Below, piece after piece: positions 49,101-60,377 of a stretch of DNA of 64,000 nucleotides (position 1 is the stretch's first letter; the number at the start of each line of letters is the position of its first letter). The translations under genes and the position numbers were made by a program. Source of the stretch: Eukaryota sp. TZLM1-RC (lineage: Eukaryota; Protista; Metamonada: BaSk clade); the NCBI GenBank assembly GCA_040285825.1, contig JAUPSS010000007.1, positions 1,401,996 to 1,465,995 of the forward strand. The letters are read 5' to 3'. The notes under the pieces were generated by a model. It was not told where the DNA came from. It did no database searches and saw only the letters and a list, made by a program, of their open reading frames with translations.

Positions 49101-50081
49101 GGGTGGGTTGAGCAGGTGTAGAGGATGTTCCTCTTCTAGCTTCAATCTGTCGGTCCAGTCTTTTCCTGTGTTCACAGTTTCGTTCTTCTTGAAGAAAACG
49201 CTCTAAATATTCTTTAGAGACCTCACCAGGAATTCTGTCAATTTCAGATGGAGGTGCCGTGGGAGGGACCTGATGATGAGGTAGAGGAGAGAATTCCTTG
49301 GGAGGTTCCTCGTACTCTACCAAATCTGGAAAGATTTGTTCGTACCACTTCCTTTGCTCTTCAGAAAGGTACTGAAGGAAGGTTCGAAGTGCTAGGAATG
49401 GAGTCACTAGCCTGGAGAGGGGAAACAGACAGATTATTAACTCCACTTACTGTTGAAGTTAGAGGAGATTCTGAAGTTGGAACAGCAGGATTTTGACTGA
49501 CTCTCCTTACAATTGGAATTGAAGGAAGTTGATGGGAGGATGGAACCTCAGACTCAGGTCTAGGAGATGAAGTTGGGACTTCAGTGTCCTGTCGAGAGGA
49601 AGGAGTTTGGACTTTCAGATCCTTCTGTGGTGTTTTGAGAAGGGTGAACCGTCTCTTTTCTTTGAATAGAAGGTGAAGGTGGAACTTCAGAGTTTCTTTC
49701 AGGGTGGGGAGAAGATGGGACTTCTGATACCCTGAGTGAAGAAGAAGATGGAGGAGCTTCGGAATCCTCAGCATCTTCGTCGTCGTAGGAGACTAACGAA
49801 GGGCTTCTTCCTTCTGAAGGAATAGAATCCTTAGAAGGGTTGTTTCCTTCCACAGGAACGGAATCCCGAGGAGGGGAGCTTCCTTCCATTGGAGCGGCAT
49901 CCTCAGGAAGGGAATCGTCTTCCTTTGGGGTAGAACCCTCAGGAAGAGTGGCTTCAGGAAGCGCAGAAGCTTCTACTGAAGAAGAAGGCACGGGAGCTAG
50001 GTCTGTGGTTAGTGGTGAGGAAGAGGGACCAGTGTCTTCCTCGTGGATCCTGCGTTGAGCCGTTGACGAACCAACACGTAT

Positions 50082-50230
50082 TGATGGTCTTGGCTGGTTA
50101 GTACCAGACATAACTGTATAAAAACAAGGAGATTTATTACGAAGAGGAATTGCATTCTCTCTTCTTAAACTAATAGGTGGAATACTAATAAACTATATTA
50201 ATATACTATAAATACTATTCAAGACTAACA
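50082..50230 (-). repeat. Gypsy-2 5' LTR (149 bp), contains the Gag ATG at 50111
   Basis: Direct repeat of 43050-43198. Confidence 0.93.
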
Positions 50231-51736
50231 CTTCTTGGCTATCAAAAATTATTCTCGATACAAAGGCTCTTGAAAGGAAGTGACACGATATCATTAACAC
50301 AGTAATTAAATTTGGTCTCCGAAATTAATATGTATAGTACTTCCGAATGTCATGACATATTTAAAGTTCAACATCTGAGTAAACAAATGTAACAATAAAC
50401 AATGATTTTTTCACTCAAAGGGTCTTTGCTGAAGGAAACACTGCCCTTAATAGAAGTCTGATGGCGGAAGTGATGAATATTGAAACTTAACTAATGATTC
50501 TGAAGTTGCTGTTGATTTTTTTCCTGCTGTAATATTGAAAATGATGTTTTGAATCACAAAGTAAAACTTTATCCTGTCAGTGCTCTTGAATTTAAAGCTG
50601 AAAACACTTAGAAAACATACTAAAGAAATCGACCTAGCTAATGCTTATAGGACAAGACCGCTGGTGTTATTGTTGTAAAACTGAATGGAAGACATCGCCA
50701 GTTTTTTTTGCTCTTTCTTTGTTAATACACGGCACCCTGTATGTAAAATTTTTTTTTGGATATTCCAAAAATACAAAAGAATATCAGCATGTGAAGGAAG
50801 TTGGATGTTTTCCATGAAACGGTGGAGGAAAAAACAGTGAAATTTATTCTTATTCTGAAACTTATTCTTCTTCACTATTTCATTTCAGAAAATGCCTTGA
50901 AAAACAAAAAGTGAATATAATTTGCACAAAATATTCTCCAATGTTTCATTTCATTTATTTAAATTGTTCTAAAAATAATGATTCCGCCGATTTTCATTTA
51001 AATGATCTTTATGCTCACTCTTCTACATTCTGATAATCATCATCTTTGATGTCAATTCTGCAAAAAAGCCGTTACAGCTTCAAGAAATGGTGAAAAACTC
51101 TTGCCTTACACCAATTGTAAAGCTGCTGCCACTGATAGACCACCAATTCAGATTCCAGTGGAAATTAGCCCCGCCAGAACAATACATTGCCATCTCTGAA
51201 TTAGAAACAATAACTGTATTATTTCATGCATCTGAAATTTTTTGGCAAAAAAATACAACAAATGTTTTTCAAGAAATTTGGTATAAAAACTGGAAAATCA
51301 AAAGGTATCCGAAAATTGTGCTTATGTGGTTGTCATTGAGCTACACGTTTGATAAATGTGAAGCCAGATAATGGAATTAAACCTGATGATAAAAACCCAA
51401 TTGCCGTTGGTGAATCTTTATCTCGTTTGTTAGAATCGATTGTCCCTGATCGTGTCAAAGACGAAGTTTCTAAATTTTGGAATCCTCATCAATTTGGAAC
51501 AAAACATTGGTTGGTTCTTCTGATGCTGTTCTTATCTCTGATACTGTTTTTAATTCACAGGATAATTTGTTTCAATAGAATTAGAGACGGTTTAGCTAGA
51601 CAGTAAGCAGATCAAGATATTGTAGAGCAAAGCTTGGTTCAATGATATTCGTCCCATTAAATATGAAATAAATTGATTCAGTGTGTTTGTTCAAGAAATA
51701 TTGAAAAATACATCAACTGTTTTGATCTCAACTTTT

Positions 51737-52127
51737 TGTGGCTGCTCTGGATTTTAAAGCAAAAGAGAAACATAGAAAATATGATAAAGATATTGACGAG
51801 GCTAATCTCGATAGAAATACACAGCTGGTTTTTATTGCTTTCCCATTTTCGATAAATGGCAGATTATCAGTTGAAGCAGAAACTTTTTTGAATGACTTCC
51901 AAAAAATGGTGCAAGAAAAAACAATGAGAAAATTTGATATATTTTTATGGCGTTCACGGATTCAATTTGCCATTATTAATAGATTACCACGGTTTTTCAA
52001 TCGAATAAGAGAAGCTTTAGCAAGACAGCAAGCAGATAAAGATTTTGTAGAGGAAATCTTGGTTCAATGATAGTCGTCCCATTAGTATTGAGTTAATTTA
52101 ATTAAGTGTGCAAATTCAATAAATAAA
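51737..52127 (+). mobile_element. CRE-C 3' fragment (~390 bp)
   Basis: VAALDFKAKEKH..EEILVQ* plus the 3' UTR. ATCTCAACT occurs near both ends (probable degenerate TSD). Confidence 0.9.
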
Positions 52128-52449
52128 GTTTATCTCAACTATAATTTTCAACACATTTTTGAAAACCTATCAACAAGATGTGCTGCTTCCAGACCTTCGG
52201 AAGTCAATCAAATTCAGCAAAAACGTTGTGCTATAGTAAATCGAAATTGACACGTATGTTGACACAATTGTATTTGCAGATTTTGAAGAAATTTTGAAGA
52301 ATTTAATGTTTTTTCTTGATGACGATAAACGAGGGTCAGCTAATCAGAGAAAAATGAAACGTTTGTCATCAAGTATTTTTGGTCCGATCAGCTTAACAAT
52401 GAGGATTTTCTGTGAGTTATCCTGCACTAAACATAAATAATTAGTAAAG

Positions 52450-52905
52450 AAGTATATCTACAGACTAAATGAAAAGCAAAAATTTTAATACATGATGACG
52501 TGATCAAATTGCTAAAAAGACATATACCATTCAGCTAATGCTAAAGTTTCTTCAGTTGTTTTAGTGAAGAAAAAATTCCAGTGATTGTATTTGGTTGTTC
52601 CATTTGTGACAAAGAAATGATCAGGAATTGCATACAATGATCAAAAATTTCCCCAAAGTTCCAGATAAAAGAAAGTCAAAAAAATCACAAAACAAAGGGT
52701 TCAACAGAAAAGATTCCAATTTGTCGAACCTACAATACAATAAAGCCGATGGCGCACTGTATCAATACTTGTTATCTCAAAATATAAAATTGAAGACGAT
52801 TGAATTACTGGGTTTCGTCCCATTAGTTATGACTTAATGTAATTAAGTGTACATGTTCAATAAGTGTTCTTACTGGGATGTAGTGAAAGTCTTCCCATAT
52901 TTTCA
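52450..52905 (+). repeat. Copy of the 570-1030 repeat
   Basis: See 570-1030. Confidence 0.8.
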
Positions 52906-54617
52906 AATATTTCTATGTTAAAAATTTTTTTAAATTATTATAAAATTAGATTAATTTTTTATGCTTAGAAACCCGACATCCCAAATTCAATTCCACATTT
53001 TCCAATAGGGTTGAATTTCTTGACACAAAAATGAATGAACCAAAATATCCCACAATAATCAAAATTAAATCTCAAAAACAATAAAAATTGTTTAACTAAT
53101 TATAAAATTAATTTATTGAATTTGCACACTTGATTAAATTAAATCATAACTAATGGGACGACTATCATTAAACCAAGATTTCCTCTACAAAATCTTGATT
53201 TGCTTGCTGTCTAGCTAAAGCTTCTCTAATTCGATTGAAAAACCGCGGTAATCTATTAATAATGGCAAATTGAATCCGTGAACGCCATAAAAAAATATCA
53301 AATCTTTTCATTGTTTTTTCTTTCACCATTTTTTGGAAGTCATCCAAAAAAGTTTCTGCTTCAACTGATAATCTTCCATTTATCGAAAATGGAAAAGCAA
53401 TAAAAACCAGCCTAGTATTTCTATCGATATTTGCATCTTCAATTTCTTTATCATATTTTCTATGTTTTTCTTTTGCTTTAAAATCCAGAGCAGCCACAGG
53501 ATTAAGTTTTCTTCTGTGAACCAAAGTATCGTTTGCAACATTACATGAGACAAAGTCAACAATAGCTTCAGAATTATCAATCCAATCACAGTATACATCA
53601 CCTCTATCATCAGAACCAAAATTATTCAGAGAAAGTGTTTCTTTCAGCAGGGGCTCTTTGATACACGATATCCTTGCAGTTTGTGCCATATTGAAAACAG
53701 TGTCTCTAACAGCATCATGTAATGAAGAACGATAAGTTATCAATTTAGAGCAATTTAGAGCATGGCGCAAAGTGAGTTGAGGTGAATTCGAACAAATACA
53801 TTTTTCTTTTGATAATAATTGGTTAATGGGGATGTTCAAATATAATCTCATTTTTGTTACAAATGCTTCATTAGTAGCACACAATCCAAATCTTCGTGGT
53901 ACAATGGTTACAAAAAGTGAAGAATCTGACACCTTGTTTTCACAAACACCCTTTTCCAATAACAATGAGTGAAGATCTTGATTTAAAACAGCCGAGCTGC
54001 AAATATTATTATAAAGATCTTTTCATACATTCCAGTCAATCTTTTCTGTAATGTTCGAAGAGTGTACTTCAAATTTAAAACATTTTTTCTGGAATATTGC
54101 CATTGAATGATTGGGGAAAACATCGACCCCATTTTTCTACATCAATTCTTGAAATTTCTTCATTTAATGCAAAAACAGTGGAACTTTGCGTTGTCATCAA
54201 TAAATCTTCCCAATCTGCAAATCTTTCGGAGAACTCAAAGATTGCATTTCTGCATCCACCAACAAAAGCACACGAGGTAAGAATAGAAGCCTTCGTCCAC
54301 CCTAAACCACCATATTGTGGACTAAGGTAAGCATGATCTGGAATTTGAAACATTTTACATCCCAGTAATTGAGACACAACTTTTGCACGTAACTCATTAA
54401 ACTTTTGAGCCAAAGGTCTAGTGACGAGAGGATTTGTAGATCGAAATATATGATTAAAATTGGAACTAAAACACAGTCTTATAATGGTAAATTTGATGTG
54501 TTTTTTTATATCTAAATTCATCATTCGGTCAATTTTGTCAGAAATTGAGTTCAACTTTTCAAACAATTTTTTGGTAATTTCATCATTATTTCCTAAAAAC
54601 GAACCCAAATGACGAAT

Positions 54618-54696
54618 TGTTGCCTAAAGTCTATTGTAGTAAAGAAAAGTCTGATTTATTTTCTATTCATATTATATAAGCCTTAGGGCGCCAACA
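54618..54696 (-). repeat. Gypsy-1 3' LTR (79 bp)
   Basis: TGTTG...CAACA, identical to 61769-61847. Confidence 0.96.
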
Positions 54697-54844
54697 CTGC
54701 TTCTTCCCTTTTCAAAAATAAATCAGCTTATATGAATATGAAATAAAAACTATATACAATTAACAAAACAACTATAATAAATACATATAATCGATATAAT
54801 ATAAATAATATAATATAATATAAATAATCGATATAAACTAAGAA

Positions 54845-57800
54845 TTAGCTCCTCTTCCTAATTCTATTACTGCGTCTAGGCTTCTTAGAAGGCGTAGACT
54901 CATTGGAGGTACCTCGTCGTCGACTAATGGTACGTTTTCCAATTTTCTTGTTATCCTTACTAAATAACTTATAAGCTTCTGAGTGTCTAACCGAATGGAG
55001 TGGCTCTTCTGTTGTCTCACCGCCAAACCACTGAACAGTACAGAAACTACCTGAATCAGAGTGGTATTCTGAGAGGATTTTCTCTATAACGTGTTTTTCG
55101 GAATCGCCCGCAGCGACTGCCTTGAGGAATTCAATGTCCTGTGGATTTTCTGCGTTATAGATTTTGCAATCTTTCTTGGCAGCTTTTAATTCTGTGCCAG
55201 TAGTAAGATTCTTCAATAATAAAGTGGATTTGGAAGGAAGGTCAATAACTAAAAATGGTCCATTCCAAGATCCATGCAATTTATTATTTTGCTTGGTTTT
55301 ACGTAAGACGTAGTCACCAATATTAAATACTATAAAACACGAATTAGTATTATCTACTGAAGACGGAGTATTTAATGTTTGGTGACGCTCTGCTTCTTCC
55401 CTTTTTTCTTGTAGACGAGTGTTTTTCATTTTGATGTCATCTAATAAAGGGATATTAGTTTCAAATTTGGATAAATTTCCTAATATATTAGCAGGGTCTG
55501 TTCTTGGACTAATCGAAGAACCGAACATGAGTTCGTATGGGGTAAAACCAGTTTTTCTGCTTTTAGTAGAATTTATTAATAGTTGGGATATAGGTACGTA
55601 TGTAGACCAATTTCCGTAATCATTGAAATCTATTAATAGTTTCCTTAAGCATTGAAGAACGTCTCTATGTTTACGTTCTACAAGTCCATTACTTTCTGAA
55701 TAGTGGGGAATTGAGTTACTCATCTCAATCGCTAATCTGTTACACACTATTTTATTGGCGAACTCAGGTCCATTATCACTATGAATTAACATAGGTATGC
55801 CGAAGATAGCGCAAACATTCCAAATCAAGGCATCTGCGGTTTCTAAGGCATTGAGTTCTTTTAGAGGGACTAAAATTGTATATCCAGTAAAAGAGTCTAC
55901 AAATACTAATAGATATTTATTTCCTTCGTTGTCAGAATTTAGGGGTCCAATTGTATCGACGTTTAATCTGGCAAAAGGACGATCTGCCCATAAAGATCCT
56001 GTGGAAGGTGTTTTTGATCTTTTAACTGGAGCCGTTTTTTGACAAGTTGGGCATCTTTTGACATGATTAATAAGGTCCTTTCTCATATTGGGCCAGTAAA
56101 AATCGCTTTTGGATAGTTTGTGTAAACTATCGTTTTTGCTAGGGTGACCAGATTGAACCAAACCATGTATTAATAGAAGTGCCTGTTTTCTGAGGCTCTT
56201 TGGAATCAAAATTTTGTTTTTATTATTTTTCCAAATTTGAGTATTTTCATCTAGAATTGCGTTTTCAAATAACGAGTCGTTGTTGTTTTTGGCTATTTGT
56301 TGTTCAGATCTTATCTTAGCGAACCAAGAAGAAAAAATAGGTAGGTCTTGGTGTCTACATAGAGATGAGATTGATGGGATGTCTTCAAAATCCGAATCAG
56401 AATCATCGTCTAGTGGAGGTATCTCGTAATTTGAAAGTAAAGTATCTGGTATATTTATACTACAAATAGAAGGAGCTTCCTCGTTTTGATCCAAATCAAT
56501 ATTCCTCGATAACATATCTGCCCAATGGTTGTCTTCACCAGGTTCGTGGACTATGTCAAAGTCGAATTCAGATAGTATCGGCAGCCATCTCTTTACAATT
56601 CTATTTTTCTCTGGGGCTGTTGCCAGGAATGCAATGTTTTTATGATCTGTGAAAATTGTTAAATGTCTAGTTAACAGGTAGCTTTCTAAACAACTTTCAG
56701 TTAAAATCAAAAGTATTGCATACAATTCTTTTTGTAAGGTGGACCATTTTCTTTGTGTTTCTGTAAGTAATCTACTATAGAATGACAAAGGTTTTACTTT
56801 CCTTTTATTTAGCGGGGTTCCTGCAGTGGAGTAGGGTTCAATTTCTTGCCAAATAACACCTCCTACTGCTACATCTGAAGCGTCAGTACTTATCAATACT
56901 CGCTTGCCCGGAGCTGGTAATTCAAGGGGCATGTGGTTTACTATTAAATCTTTTATTTGTTTTAAGTAATCGTCATGCTTGCTAGTCCATTTAATTATTC
57001 TGGGTTTTCCTTTAATTAGCTCGTTAATTGGAGCAATTAATTCAGAAATACCTGGAAGCCAATCTCTAATGTAATTTATGGATCCTACCAATGAGCGAAC
57101 TTCTTTCACTGTTTTTGGTCTAGGGATTCTCATCAAGGCTTCGATTTTTTTCTTACTTATAAATCTAGTTTTATCCTGGAAGGTACTTCCTAAAATGTCG
57201 ATAGGGTGTTTTGATGTTACGAATTTACATTTACGTAAGCCTATATTTACACGTCTATTTCTGGCGCATTGGAGGACTCTTTGTAATCTCTTATAAAATT
57301 CTTCGAATGTCGTTCCAACTATTATGATATCGTCAATGTATATGAAAACGCCATCAATTTGGAATATTTCCATCATTACGTTTTGAAAAACTGCTGGGAT
57401 ATTCTTTAATCCGAAGCAAGCTCTTTTAAACATAATTGACCTTCCAGGGATTGAGATTGATGTTTTCTCAATGTCCTTTTCAGCTACATTCATCTGCCAG
57501 AAAGCTTTTGGTAAATCAAGCGTGGCTATGTAATCTGCTCTACTTAAAAATTCTAATATATCACTAATCCTAGGTAGATTAGGCTCTACTGAAATCGTAT
57601 GGGCATTAACTCCATCTTTACCACTAAAGTCTCCAGTTAACCTGGGTTTTTTGCCGTCAGGGTATATAACTAAGACAATAGGAGAGCTGAATTTATAATT
57701 AGATTCAACTGCATAGCCCATTTCGATCAGTTCATCAAATATTTTGTTTGCTATTTCCATTTTGCTGGGATTTAACCGTCTAGCAGGTTTATGTACTATA

Positions 57801-58126
57801 GCATTCTCATCTCTAAAGGGGATTGTTAGAGGATTACAATCGATTCCTTTTCTATTAGGAGTTTCACTAAAAACATCGCTGAATAATTTTAGTAGACTCG
57901 TTAATTTTAATTTATTATTACTATCATCTAAATTTATCTCACATCCAGATCTTGCTAATTGCTCCTCAAAATCAGAAGGACTTGGTGATTGGTTATCTAA
58001 GTTCCCAATCGAATGTTGAGCGATCCTAGAGTCGAATTCTGATTCTGCATTTAGCAAAGTGCGGTGTTCTTTGTCTAATCTAATGAAAAGACCATCATCC
58101 GTCTGAAGCCCAAGTGCTTTTAACAT
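54845..58126 (-). CDS. pol: Pol: reverse transcriptase, RNase H, integrase, chromodomain
   Basis: LDLPKAFWQ, FGLKN, YIDD, TDASD, KELYAI, FTDH, H..H..CPTC, VDTIGP, HSDNG, NGLVER, GPF and VIEKIL..VQWFG..TEEP. Confidence 0.95.
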   Translation of the reverse strand: MLKALGLQTDDGLFIRLDKEHRTLLNAESEFDSRIAQHSIGNLDNQSPSPSDFEEQLARSGCEINLDDSNNKLKLTSLLKLFSDVFSETPNRKGIDCNPLTIPFRDENAIVHKPARRLNPSKMEIANKIFDELIEMGYAVESNYKFSSPIVLVIYPDGKKPRLTGDFSGKDGVNAHTISVEPNLPRISDILEFLSRADYIATLDLPKAFWQMNVAEKDIEKTSISIPGRSIMFKRACFGLKNIPAVFQNVMMEIFQIDGVFIYIDDIIIVGTTFEEFYKRLQRVLQCARNRRVNIGLRKCKFVTSKHPIDILGSTFQDKTRFISKKKIEALMRIPRPKTVKEVRSLVGSINYIRDWLPGISELIAPINELIKGKPRIIKWTSKHDDYLKQIKDLIVNHMPLELPAPGKRVLISTDASDVAVGGVIWQEIEPYSTAGTPLNKRKVKPLSFYSRLLTETQRKWSTLQKELYAILLILTESCLESYLLTRHLTIFTDHKNIAFLATAPEKNRIVKRWLPILSEFDFDIVHEPGEDNHWADMLSRNIDLDQNEEAPSICSINIPDTLLSNYEIPPLDDDSDSDFEDIPSISSLCRHQDLPIFSSWFAKIRSEQQIAKNNNDSLFENAILDENTQIWKNNKNKILIPKSLRKQALLLIHGLVQSGHPSKNDSLHKLSKSDFYWPNMRKDLINHVKRCPTCQKTAPVKRSKTPSTGSLWADRPFARLNVDTIGPLNSDNEGNKYLLVFVDSFTGYTILVPLKELNALETADALIWNVCAIFGIPMLIHSDNGPEFANKIVCNRLAIEMSNSIPHYSESNGLVERKHRDVLQCLRKLLIDFNDYGNWSTYVPISQLLINSTKSRKTGFTPYELMFGSSISPRTDPANILGNLSKFETNIPLLDDIKMKNTRLQEKREEAERHQTLNTPSSVDNTNSCFIVFNIGDYVLRKTKQNNKLHGSWNGPFLVIDLPSKSTLLLKNLTTGTELKAAKKDCKIYNAENPQDIEFLKAVAAGDSEKHVIEKILSEYHSDSGSFCTVQWFGGETTEEPLHSVRHSEAYKLFSKDNKKIGKRTISRRRGTSNESTPSKKPRRSNRIRKRS

Positions 58127-58180
58127 GTCTGTCCCTATTAATAATTTGTTCGAACCCGGGATTATGGGAAGAGTATGTTT

Positions 58181-60319
58181 CTAGTGAACTTGTTGCGCAA
58201 TGCTTCCTACGTTGAACGACAGAATACCAGTTGCACTCCCTAGCGATTTTGTGGATACGTTATTAGCTGGTAAGAACTTAATAGTATCCTTGCTATTGAT
58301 TGACATATGGCATTGTTCAGCTAAATCTGCAGTAATAACTGAACAAAACGCAGCCGAATCTATAGTCGCAATCATTTTAATATCATTTATTGATATCTCC
58401 AGTCTTAGAAATGGAGAACGCTGGGACCTGATGTGGTTTTCACTAACCGTAGAATTAATATCAAAAATACTATTGATATCAGAGCTGGTTTGGTGAATTT
58501 GTAGAGGAATTAAAAGATTTTGTTGAGCTGTTGGAAAGTTGTTGACTGGGTTTCCTAAATCGGTTGTTGATTGGTTGTGATTGATTGCGTTGATATATAC
58601 CCGATTAGGAAAGTTGCCTGTCCTGCTGTTCCGGTTGCTGTTGTTGATCCGTCTGTGAGGAACCGTACTCGAACGGGTCGGTTTTGACTCAGTAGGGGAT
58701 GCGTTTGATGATATGTCCTCTGTTGTGTTTATGTTATGTATAGGTCTGTACTGACCTCTTCCTTTATGACCTCTATAACGGCCTCCACGGCCTCTAAATT
58801 TGAATCTATGTACACGTCTACCACGGCCACCTCGGCCCCTTTCTACACTGCCTCTACTAGCAGGCGCCTCCTGTTCTCCTAATCTGAATCTTTCTTCTTT
58901 GGGAACTCTGCTTCTAGCGCAACGAGGATCTTTGCATTCGAATACAGTGTGGCCAACAGGATTGTTACCTTCGACGTTGCTGCAGAATGTACAGAATTTT
59001 GACCCTTCTCGTTCATGCTTTTCAGGGATGTATTTGTGTTGAGGGGTTCCTCTTGACTTTCCACCTGATCGTCTTGCTCGTTTTGTTGGAGCCTGGGCTG
59101 ATGGTGTTACTCCTCTTGAGTAAGTTCTCATTGCCGTGAGTCCCAAAGGAATATCTTCTTCGTTAGCCCTGTTCCTTAGTACATCCATTGTGGGCTTGTT
59201 TCCTGCTGTGTAACACCAAGCGAGGAAATGTCTTCTCGTTGTCGATATCAAATCGAGTAGAGTTGTTCTGTTCGGTGAGTCCCACAAGGATTCCCTAGTC
59301 CATACTGGGAGGAGTTCGCTTGATATAGCAAAGTTATCCAGACCCATAAGGAAGTACTCGGCTATTAGAGCGGGAGATATGGTTATCAACCCACTGCTTC
59401 CTCTAATTAAATCGGGGATGGTTAGGTCGGTCATGTAGGTGGTCATTCTCAAGACGTCTCCAAAATCTTCTACATAACGACCAAACTCGTTGTCAGCCTC
59501 ATGCCTATTGTGGATTTTCCTCCAATTTATTCTAGGCTTCATTAGAGCTGTACAAGCCTCATGATATGATGTGAATTGCGTTCTTTTTAACAGAAATACC
59601 ATGACGTCGGCGTCGGTATAATCAACACCGAGTAAACCTTGACTCTGCCATCTAGATAGAAGGCTAGGGTCGATCATGCTGGATATTCCTGTGGGGCAAG
59701 TGCTCATCATCATGCTCCTAAATAGATCATAATGGTGGATTGGGGGTCCGAGCTTATCTGTTATAGCTGGATCAATCCTTACCAAAGGCTGTGTTGTATC
59801 CCTGGTGATCTCGTCGCGTATATGTTTGGGGAGATCTTTAATCCTATCTTGGGTTATTTCTGCTTGGCCTTCTCCAAATAGCTGGGTAGCTATCATAAAG
59901 GCTCTGGTCCAATCTGATTGACCTGGGGCTTCGAAGCTTCTATTAGCTATCTTACGCCCGTATTTATCCCAAGTTTGATATTTTAAAAGAAAAGCTATGA
60001 TAGACATTTTGTTAATAGGGTCATCAGCGGATAATCGAGGTCTTTTATAGTCGATATCCTTAGACCGTGGATCAATCTGTCTATGAAGGCTACTAGCTAT
60101 GCTCATGTCAATAGCTCTTCTTGAGGATTGTAGGTCCTCAATACGCATAGGTCTATCGGAAGAAGAGTCTCTTACTGAGGGTTGAGGAGGAGCCGTTTCT
60201 CCAACGACTGGCCCGTTCAACTCAATGTCTTCTCCAATTTCACTTTCCATGGGTTGAGAGGAAGTTGGTTCTTCCTGAGGTGCAACGTCTTGTCTTGTTA
60301 CAGGTTCCGGGGCGTTCAC
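58181..60319 (-). CDS. gag: Gag core + Zn knuckle-like motif + RGG region + aspartic protease (N-terminal part)
   Basis: CTFC..GHTVFEC, RGRGGRG and IDSAA. Ends at a TAG that is in frame with pol. Confidence 0.85.
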   Translation of the reverse strand: MNAPEPVTRQDVAPQEEPTSSQPMESEIGEDIELNGPVVGETAPPQPSVRDSSSDRPMRIEDLQSSRRAIDMSIASSLHRQIDPRSKDIDYKRPRLSADDPINKMSIIAFLLKYQTWDKYGRKIANRSFEAPGQSDWTRAFMIATQLFGEGQAEITQDRIKDLPKHIRDEITRDTTQPLVRIDPAITDKLGPPIHHYDLFRSMMMSTCPTGISSMIDPSLLSRWQSQGLLGVDYTDADVMVFLLKRTQFTSYHEACTALMKPRINWRKIHNRHEADNEFGRYVEDFGDVLRMTTYMTDLTIPDLIRGSSGLITISPALIAEYFLMGLDNFAISSELLPVWTRESLWDSPNRTTLLDLISTTRRHFLAWCYTAGNKPTMDVLRNRANEEDIPLGLTAMRTYSRGVTPSAQAPTKRARRSGGKSRGTPQHKYIPEKHEREGSKFCTFCSNVEGNNPVGHTVFECKDPRCARSRVPKEERFRLGEQEAPASRGSVERGRGGRGRRVHRFKFRGRGGRYRGHKGRGQYRPIHNINTTEDISSNASPTESKPTRSSTVPHRRINNSNRNSRTGNFPNRVYINAINHNQSTTDLGNPVNNFPTAQQNLLIPLQIHQTSSDINSIFDINSTVSENHIRSQRSPFLRLEISINDIKMIATIDSAAFCSVITADLAEQCHMSINSKDTIKFLPANNVSTKSLGSATGILSFNVGSIAQQVH

Positions 60320-60377
60320 TGTTGGAACATGATCGGGTATGCTGTCGATAGAGCAGACCTGTATTGGTTGGCTTTTT

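Larger units (their letters stand above)
43050..50230 (-). mobile_element. Ty3/Gypsy LTR retrotransposon Gypsy-2, both LTRs present, degenerate
   Basis: 149-bp LTRs with TSD CTTC (43046-43049, 50231-50234). PPT GAAAGAGAGGAGAAGGCAG. Domain order Gag, protease (IIDSGAT), RT (YIDD), RNase H (CDASD, FTDH), integrase (HSDN, SNGLVER, GPF). Many frameshifts. Confidence 0.95.

Noticed and set aside
58181-58183. Programmed TAG readthrough between gag and pol
   Set aside because: The stop falls in the middle of the protease (VH*KH versus VHVKH in Gypsy-2). The element has other lesions (a 9-nt integrase deletion relative to the 26.5-kb copy), so a mutation is more likely. A family consensus would settle it.
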